From the NCBI RefSeq assembly GCF_009914755.1, contig NC_060934.1: a stretch of 64,000 nucleotides of DNA; one strand, given 5' to 3'. The notes beneath the pieces are model-generated. The model did not search any database. It had not been told where the DNA came from and worked only from the letters and a program-made list of their open reading frames with translations. This DNA is from the human T2T-CHM13v2.0 reference genome, Homo sapiens. A program made the position numbers and the translations under genes. How positions within the stretch are numbered: position 1 is the stretch's first letter; every line of letters starts with the position of its first letter. Shown in pieces: positions 54,791 through 64,000 of this stretch.

Positions 54791-57700
54791 TAAGGAGAGG
54801 TGCTCTGTGGATTATTGGTGGGATTCTATGATTTCACACACTGTACTATCTAGCACATCACAGACTCTCCCCTCCCTAGGAGACAGGCCCTATGAAAGTC
54901 CAGAAACCAAATCTATATGATGGTAACCATCTGTCTAGACAAGTTTCTGACTTTAACTGCATTGGCTCAACCTATGTTCATTTTCCAACTCATACCCAAA
55001 ACCTGGCTAAGGTCCACTTAGTCCAAGAAAGAGCTGAGGTTCAAAGGTCAGCACTCACCAAAACACAGGGGGAAAAAAAACTCATTTATGAACACACATT
55101 CATTGCTATGATTATATCTCCCTAGTAACCAAGGAAATTAAACTGTTCATACCTGAGGGGGGAGGTTTTCTGTCTTAGTTGGATCACATATTTTAGCCAA
55201 ACTCTCTGGGTAGAGTTGGCCGTGAGCCTGTTGAATACTGACTATGTCATTATCCAGAGGTAGGTGTAGGTTCTGTCGATGTTTTAGAAGGACCTTTATC
55301 TTGGGCCCTGTGCATAGGTGATTTGTACTTTTTTTGTGGGGAAGTATAGGGGTTTAGCCCTGGCTGTGTGGATCAACATAGGTGCATGCATCTGCATATA
55401 AGTCCTTGCCTTTATATCAGAGACAGCAGCCAAATCACCAACTACCTTTGCTTCCCAACTAGTTAATGCTGTTGTGGATGAAGAATTCCATCTGGTTGTT
55501 TGGGGAAGTATTTTGGGATTTAGCACAAAAGAGTATATATTTTTTCATACAATGCCAGAAATTCAGAATAGAGAGGTCAATTCCACCCTACCAGGAGAGA
55601 ATATACAGAATTGCCCTAGAGGAGACTGTATGTGTCCATCCACCGCTGGAAATTGGGGTGGGCGGGTGTAGGTATACCACTGTCTCAGCAAAGGCTGTCT
55701 GGTACTCCTGCCCAGCTCCATGTTTGCACCCTCGTGGACGAGCACCCATCTTGTCAGAATACATCTTCAACTTCCTAGTCTTTCACTTGGCAACTACCTT
55801 CCAGCCCTGCAGGTAGGCATTGTTCTCCTTTCCCACCCAGCAAGGGCACCAAGCAGGAAATCTGCTGCCTCAGCTCTGCCCTTCTTCCCCAAGCACAGGC
55901 TATGGAAGCAGGAAGGAGGAGATGAGCGCCGAAGCTATCCCCGGGCCCTGCTACTCCTGAGTTCACCTCCCTGGGCGCCTCTTCCTCTGCAGACAAGCAG
56001 GAAGCTGAGAAGCGCAGGCCACTGGAAAAAGGGTTTGGAGAGGATGTAGGCTAGGGAGACCCCAGATCCCTGCCTGCCAGCGGAATGGTCCTGGCAGCCT
56101 CCTTGACCATTGCTGCCCGCCCTGGAGCCCAGAAAAGGACCCCTCCTGCCCTGCCTTCCTCAGAGCCATGGTGGCCTTAGGGCTGTCTGGGACCCTCTCC
56201 ATTTTGCCCCATTGGGGTGGAAAGGCATAGAGGGCTGGGGGAGGGCTGGGCCTGGCTCAGGGGCTGCGAGACAGATCACGAGCCTCAGAGCCAAGTTGCA
56301 GCCTCAGAGCCGAGTTGCAGCGGAGCCAGTAATTCAAACCATCCTGACCCTTCGGTGAACCTGAACCTGCTGACCTTGACAGCACTAGACAACAGAGGCC
56401 TCACAAACCTCAACCTGCACGGAGGCCTGGCCTTCCCTCCCTCCCATTCTTGGAGCCCTGTGGCCCATCCTCCAGGTGGCTCCTAATTTGGCTGCCCCCA
56501 TGAAATGTCAGCATCCCCTCCCTCCCTGAGGCTCCGCCTGCCTGCTTCAAAGCACCCTTTGTGCTCATCTCTACTGGAGACAAGTGTGTGGGCATCTCCT
56601 GGGGGCCTTTCCAGGACTGGGGCTGGGGCTTTATCCTGCAGGCAGAGCTTTTACACCTTGCCCTTCTCTTTCTGCCCCAGGCTTCACCTTTTTCAGGAGG
56701 ACTGGCTAGAGTGTGTGTGCATGTGTATGTGTGTACATGTGTATGTGTGTGCATGTGTGTAAGGTTGGGGTACACACAGGGGCAGCAGTAGAATGTGATC
56801 CAGACAGCAGACAAGGGGAGGGAAGAGAAGCCAGAGGAAAGCAGCTCCAGGAACCTGCATTAAAGTAAATGCAGTTTATGAAGTTTATGCTTTCCTCCTA
56901 GGGAGAGCTGGATTCCATCCAACAGCCTCCCAGAGCCTGCCAAACAGCTCCTGAAGCAGAAAGTGTGAGCAGGAGAGCAAGCGAGCCAGTGACAGAGGGA
57001 GAGATGCGCGGACACACTCACACACCCTTGCTGGCTCACACAGATCTCCCTCGGCCCAGGCAGCCTGGGAAGCCTGGGATGGAGGGATGGGGACAGTAGG
57101 TTTGGTAGGAGTGACTCCAGGAGCCGTTCTTTCCTCCTTTCTTCCCTCCTCACCTGCCATCTCCATCTCTTTAGGCAGAGTGCCCAGCATGAGCCCTTGG
57201 GCAGTGTGGGCACCTGGGTGGACTGGTGGTGTGGGGAGCCGAGGGCACTGTGGGCCACCTGGGGCAGCCAGCTTGTAGGAGCCGCCTGGGTGAGGGACAG
57301 TGTGGGTGGTCTTGGGCAGTGGGTATGTGGTCCAGGCAGCAAAAGGGACCAGAATGCTATACAAAGGAACCTCTAGGGACTTGCTTTTTCTTCGGATGCT
57401 GGGGATCCATTTTTCTCTGGCATTTTGGTCTGAACCATGTGGGTGCCTTACAGCCACTGAAGATAATTATTGGAGTCTTTTAAGGAGAAATAGAGACCGT
57501 ATTTTTTTTCCTGGTAATTCAAAGGAAATAAGTGGTTGACAATGTTAAAGTATGAAAGCTCACAGAGGGACTTAAAAGCAAGTTGGAATATTGGAGTATC
57601 TGTTCTTCTGGACTCTTCTTCACGTGCACAAGCACATGGGTTCGTGCGTGTGTGCACTAATAATGTGTAAGTGGGCCAGGACCCTTGACTTTAGATGAAA

Positions 57701-59639
57701 GGGGAGTGTGGGGGAGAAAATGCCTGGAGAGGAAGTCCGCAGCATAGGCCTTTGCTCTGGCCTGTGGGCTTGGCACCATCATGTTGCTTGCCCCTATGGC
57801 TTCTGCGACATACCTCAGCTGGGGACAGACAGTGAGAAGTCTATCTCCCTTCTCTTTCTGGGAACTCCATGTCTGCTCTATTCAAATTCTACCAGGAACT
57901 GAGACAGAAGAGGATGACAGAGGTAGAACCATCCAGAAGCAGAGGATGGGGAGAAGAGGGCAAAAGGATAGCGAAGGATGCTCAGAAATTGCTGACTGTG
58001 GAGGACGCCTTGGGAAGCCAGGAGGTGCTAGGCACAGGAGGCAGAAACTGGCCAAGGATGGCGTTGGTCCTTTCTCCCCCCTGCTCTCTCCCTCCCCCTC
58101 CCTCCCCTCTTCCCTCCACACATCTTTATTGGTTCTGGTAATAGCGTTGATTTGCATGTCAGGCAAAGCCTTGCTACACACACAAAAAGAAAACCCCAGC
58201 CCTGGCGGTGTGGCAGTGTCAGCTCTCGCTGTTGTTCGACAGTGTAAAATTAAATTAATAAAGCCCCCAACACAAGAAAACATAACAGGAAATTAATGGC
58301 CTTTACTGTCGCTCTGATGCAGTCATTTGCAACCCTGCTTTCCGCACCAAAGACTTCATAAATTCAAGCAGTTTCTCTAAACAAGCATACTTAGGGCGGC
58401 CTGGTATGTAATTTTTCGCCTTGCTTGTGTCCTTTGAGCTAACAAAGCCCCCTTTCCTCTTGGTTCCAGAGATTTCTAACTGGTTCTGGCCCCTGCTGGA
58501 GCCAAACGGGGACAGCACCAGGCAGAGGGCCCCACCCGCTCCCTGAGAGCCCAGAGAAGGCTGGGAAAGGGCTAGGGTCCCAGGAGCTAGACGCTCAGTG
58601 AGCCCTCCTTCCCCACCAGCCCCTGCAGCAGGCCAGCAGGACTGCATACCAGTGCTCCCAGGCAGGAAAGTTGATCTCCTCGGGGAATTCCCCTAAACCC
58701 ACTCAAGGCTCACCCCTCTCCTTCCTCCCCGGGTCTGTCCTCCCTCTCCCACAACTTGTGTGTTCCCTTCCTGAGGCCTCTGGCCTTCACCTCCCTCCTT
58801 GTCGGTACCCACTCTCCACCGTTCCACTTCTTAATACATGGATCGCACACATCTAGGCTGGCTGTGACTTGGCAGTGGGGTGCCACGCTCTTCTTCTCCA
58901 CAGGTAACCTGGGGGCTCTTTTTCGGGGGAGCTAAGTTATTCAAAGTGAGGAAAGTAAATGTGCTGGTACAATTCCCCGGGGTTCTAGGTTTCCTCCATA
59001 TCTCCCTCTTCTCTACCGGTTGGTTAGGAAATGCCAGGGCCCTAAGGGGCCCCTCAGACAATCCCTCTGTCCTCGGCAGTTTTCAGTGAGCTAAGAGTCC
59101 TTGACTGCTTTGGTGTGTAAATCGGTAGGATACTGAGGAAACTGACACCTTCCTCTCTGGCCTCTCTGGGGATCTTTGTATCAATGTGGGCCCAGGTGCC
59201 CAGTGTGTTGGGAGGTATGAGAGGAGCAGAGAACCGGGATGTGACTCTCAGGAGCTTATAGCCTGCTGGGGAAGGCAAGGCTGTTGCACTCAGACAATTG
59301 GCTGTTCATTAAATGCCCAGACACATGGCTGTGTGTTCCATAGGAATCTGGGGAAATGGACTAGAAGGGCAAGCAGGAAATGGGGCTTCAGCCTGGGAGC
59401 CTGGGAGTGGCTGAGATTGAGAGAGGCCTTGGCTGGGCTGGATGGTGACAAGGCAGAGTGTCAGATTCTTAAGGGTCATCCTGTCTTATCTGCCACTCAC
59501 CATAGAACTCTTTCCTCCAACAGTTCTGCCTGAAAGGCCACAGCCCTGCCTGGACATATGTCAGAGATGGACAGTGGCCATTGTTTGTTTGCAGCATCAC
59601 TTTATACCAAGTCATGCGGGTTGAGGGAAGACCACGGGA

Positions 59640-59770
59640 CATGGGATCCAAATGTCCAGATGTGGGTCCATCTCCACTCCCTACTTGCTCTGGGAACTTT
59701 GACTCATTACATAATATCTCTGAATCTCAGTTTCCTCATCTTTAAAATAGAGGTAATGGCATTTGCCACA
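59640..59770 (+). mobile_element. MIR
   Basis: tctctgaatctcagtttcctcatctttaaaatagaggtaat. Confidence 0.65.
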
Positions 59771-59979
59771 GAGAATGGTGGTGGTGGTAAAGCTCTCCAT
59801 TTGACACCCTCCCTTCCCTATCCTCCCTCCCTCCCTTTCATCCACTCCACCTTATTTACTGAGCTCTTGGCAAATGCTGGGCTGGGTCCTGGGTGGATTT
59901 CAGATTCTCACATGATATGGTTCCTGCCCTTGGAGTTCCCTCACCATCCTGGTTACCCATCTCAGAATTCATTATTGAA

Positions 59980-60570
59980 GGTTAAAGTTCCTCTGAAATG
60001 AACACTGAACTCCAGAGACAGTCTAACCAATGCCAGGCACAGTAGAGCCTTGCCACTCTCCCATCTGGAGACTCTACATCCATAATATAGCCTAAGATTA
60101 CATTTGATTTTTTAGCAGCCATGTCAGACTCAAGCTCATATTGAGTTCGTGGTCAACTAAAACCTCGAGATCTTTTTCACATCAATTGCTATCAAGCCAG
60201 GTCTACCCCATTCTGCACTTGTGTAATTGATTTTTTTTTAGCCTAAACATAGGGCATTCCATTTATCCCTGCTGAATTTCATCTTGTTGGTTTGGGTTCT
60301 TAATTCTACCCGATTAAGGTCATAAGGATGTCTTCTATATCATCATCCAACTAGTTTTTTGCAAAAGAGTTATTTTCCTTGAAAACACAGGAAAGCCACA
60401 TGGCCCACCAATGGGGACCTCCTCCTGGCTGCTGTAAGTGAATGAATGCTTTGGGAACTACTGAGCCCAACAGCCATCAATCATTTTACTTGTTTTCATC
60501 TTGTCCATTATGCTAGGAAGGAGATTCTTGGTTAAATGTTAACACTCACTACTTCCACATAATTTCCTTA
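59980..60570 (-). mobile_element. L3/CR1 LINE relic
   Basis: The reverse strand of 60086-60120 translates AAKKSNVILGY, resembling the CR1 ORF2 C-terminal AAKKANxILGC motif; adjacent sequence resembles the recalled L3 consensus. Confidence 0.75.
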
Positions 60571-60594
60571 ATAAATTATTTTTAAAAATCTGGT

Positions 60595-60880
60595 TTACAT
60601 CGATGAGCAAATTGAGTGCCTGCTATGTACAAAGTATGGCAGGACTGATTTACAAAGGTAAATAGGACACAGTCCTTGACCTCAAGAAACTTACAATCTA
60701 GCAGGGAGGTAGACATACACATCATTATATAATCAGAATGTGATGAATGCCGTGATCAAGGCATGAAGTCATATGATGAACGAAAAAAACAAAGGAGCAG
60801 TTGCTTCCACTCAGGGCAACTAGGGAAGTGTTTATGAGGGAGATATTTGATCTAAGCGTTGATATGGAGTAAATATGCCA
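60595..60880 (-). mobile_element. L2 3' fragment
   Basis: attgagtgcctgctatgt...cacagtccttgacctcaagaaacttacaatctag. Confidence 0.65.
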
Positions 60881-61499
60881 CAACTTATTTTTGTGAGTGC
60901 GTGCAAGCTCTGGGATATCACCATTTTCTTTTCTGTTGCCCATAAATTAACTGTATAATAATTTCATTTAAAGGATTTCCAGAGCCTGATCCTGAATTTA
61001 TGATTTTGAGTGTCATTTGCATATGTGTACCTCTTCCCCCTTTTCTGACAGGCAGGATGGCCTTGGGCTTGTCACTGCCTCACCCTTTCTTTGTGACATC
61101 TCAGGGATCATCAACAGCAGTTTTAGGGTCCTGTGTGGACCTGGGAAAGTTCACTGAAATGGCCAGAGGTTACCTGCCTGGCCCCTCCCTGACCAGGGCA
61201 CTAGTGCCCTCCTACTGGGCTCAGTTTGAAGATTCTTTCATTTGGAGAAGACAAAAGCAAGCTAAGGTTGAGAAGTTCTGCCTTCTCTCTCAATATTACA
61301 TCCTCTTCCCTAGGACTGAGCCAAAACCTGCCTTTCTTTTCTTTCTTTCTCCAAGGCCCTTTTTTGTTGTCTCAGCTTGTTCTGAGCTTTTGTCTTCCTG
61401 ACAGGCTCATGCCACCCTCATATCCATCCTTGGTTATGGTCCCCGCTTCCATCTGTCATGTATCCTGCATAAGAGGAAAAAAAGTGACTTCTATGATCC

Positions 61500-61800
61500 T
61501 AAGTGCAATACATGCTCATTGGGAAATACCTGGAAGAGATAGTAAATTTTTAAAAATTCACTCACAATGTCGTCACCAGGAGATAACCACTGTTGAATTT
61601 GGTATATTTTCCCATTCTCTTTCTTTTTTGTGTATATATAATTTTTTAATCAAAAATTGAACAATACCATATAAACAGCTTCATGTCTTGCCATTTTCAC
61701 CTAACATTACTTAATATAGGACCATTTTCACATATCATTAAATATTCTTTGAAAACACGATTTTTTAATGGCTGCATAATCTTCCGCTGTTCGATGTACA
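61500..61800 (-). mobile_element. Old L1 (L1ME-like) 3' fragment
   Basis: caggagataaccactgtt...ttttcacctaacat...ttttaatggctgcataat. Confidence 0.6.
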
Positions 61801-62619
61801 TGTCCTTTTAAAATCTGGGATCATCATATTTTAAAGCTTATCTGTGTGCAACAACAGTGATTTTCCTTAAATGTCCTTCTCTTTTCACCCCTCCCCCACT
61901 CCCACTCCCTTTATGCTGTCAGGTTGATTATTTGAGCTTATAGAAGCAGAATTTCATTTTTAGAGCATCCCATCCTCGTGGAATTATGGTCTCTTTTAGA
62001 ATCTCTTGCCATGGAATCCCTGGCCATGTCTTTCCCCCAGCATGGAGCATTTTGCTTTCTTCAATTCAGATTCTGCCCTGCACCCCCTTCCTGAGCTACT
62101 GCCAACTCTAGACATGCTTGCTTTCTCCCTGCATCCCCATCATTTCCCTTTCATCAGTTTTTCTTTCTTGGTCAGAATTAAGTGGCCTGCAATAGTGGAA
62201 AGGGATCTGAGCTAGGAACCTCAGTTCCCATTCTTATGACGACTAGCTATGTGACATGGGAAAATTACCTAACTTCTCTGAGCCTGGCTTTTGGTTTTTG
62301 TCTTAATTTTAAATATCTAAGAGGGAATCCAATTAAATTCTCTTCATATTTTCCAGCTGTAGAACATGAGTGACACTGAATTCAGAGTAGCAGCCTCCTT
62401 TGTTGCTTCTTTTTCCTTCTAAAAGGTAAAATGTTGAGCATAACAAGTTAAGAACTGACCAATCTTTGCTTTTGGAATTCTTGTCAACAAATCAGCCAAC
62501 ATTCATGATCACCTTCTCTACATGAAGTTTATAAAGTTGAAAACTATGGGACCCCTGCCTTCAAAATTCACAGTTCAGAGGAGAAAACAAACATTAAATA
62601 ATAACTGTGATACGAAGAG

Positions 62620-62945
62620 ATTCTAAATTTGGCTCTGCCACTTATTGGCTATCATAAGTTGTTCTGGGTAAATTACCTAATCTCTCTATCCCTCAGTTTC
62701 CCCAGGTTAGGAGCTTAGCTGCCAGAGGCATGTTGCCAGGGTTGAGTTCTGGCTCCTCTGCCATCTGTGAGGCGTGTAACCTTGGGAAAGTTCCTTAATC
62801 TCTGCACTTTCATTTCCCCATCTACAAAATGGGGACAATAATGTTTAAGTTCTTGTGAAAATTAAGTGAGTTAATATATGTAAGATTATCAGAGGAGTGC
62901 CTGATATATACTAAGCACTTAATAAATGTTAGTTGCTGTTATTGT
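62620..62945 (+). mobile_element. MIR fragments
   Basis: ggctctgccacttattggct...; gtaaccttgggaaagttccttaatctctg...catctacaaaatggggacaataat. Confidence 0.7.
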
Positions 62946-63382
62946 AAGGATTACATCAGTGCATGCATGTTAAGCATAGTGTCTGGTATCCAAGTAGAAA
63001 CTGGATCTGTTTTAGTTATTATTAGTACTATTTCTACAATAGAGGTTTGGATAGATGGCTGTTAGAATGCAGAGAAAGGAGAAATTAATGGTGAGGGAGG
63101 AGCTAACAGCCCTCTTGTATATGTCTGAGGAAACTCAATCCAGAAAAGCTCAGGAGATTTATAGCAAGTGAGCAACAAAACTAGGATTTCAATCCAGGAG
63201 ATGTTACTTCTGGTCCAGCATTGTGTTAGGGTCACTAGTACAGTTAGTGTCCCTAGAGGCCGGTGGGTGTGAATGGGTACAGCAAGCCTGAGGTCAGACA
63301 GGCCCACAGCCACCCCAGCCTCTCCCTATTCATGAACTCACTGAGTGTTTAGAAGCTAGGCTTGGTCAAGTACAGCAGGTAG

Positions 63383-64000
<618 letters not shown>

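Overview
This window is primate genomic DNA, almost certainly human, covering the 5' part of PAX2 (paired box 2) on the + strand. I read six coding exons directly with canonical GT-AG boundaries: 11623-11665, 15108-15276, 16056-16253, 44865-44950, 46612-46731 and the 69-nt cassette 52312-52380. They encode the full paired domain and the octapeptide; the gene continues past the window end. A distal coding exon (ATG 1066, donor 1090/1091) can splice in frame into exon 1 at 11555, adding 31 aa to the N-terminus. The first ~16 kb is a chain of CpG islands nearly free of transposons. The introns hold eight full-length Alus, one Alu monomer, MIR/L2/L3/L1/Tigger/MER5 relics and many AT-rich, motif-dense candidate enhancers. 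There are no prokaryotic-type systems or RNA genes, and most six-frame ORFs are artefacts. The most notable observations are: (i) four tandem nuclear-receptor half-sites at 56345-56379, including a DR5 with the RARB-type CCGAA spacer plus DR0, DR3 and TCAAGGTCA; (ii) a three-way choice of N-terminus, coupled to uORF removal; (iii) an in-frame cryptic donor in exon 5 that would delete the KRKR basic cluster; (iv) a decayed ~33-bp repeat with an 11-residue period at 49940-50150. All regulatory calls are motif-based inferences. Repeat subfamilies and literature links are from memory and need database confirmation.
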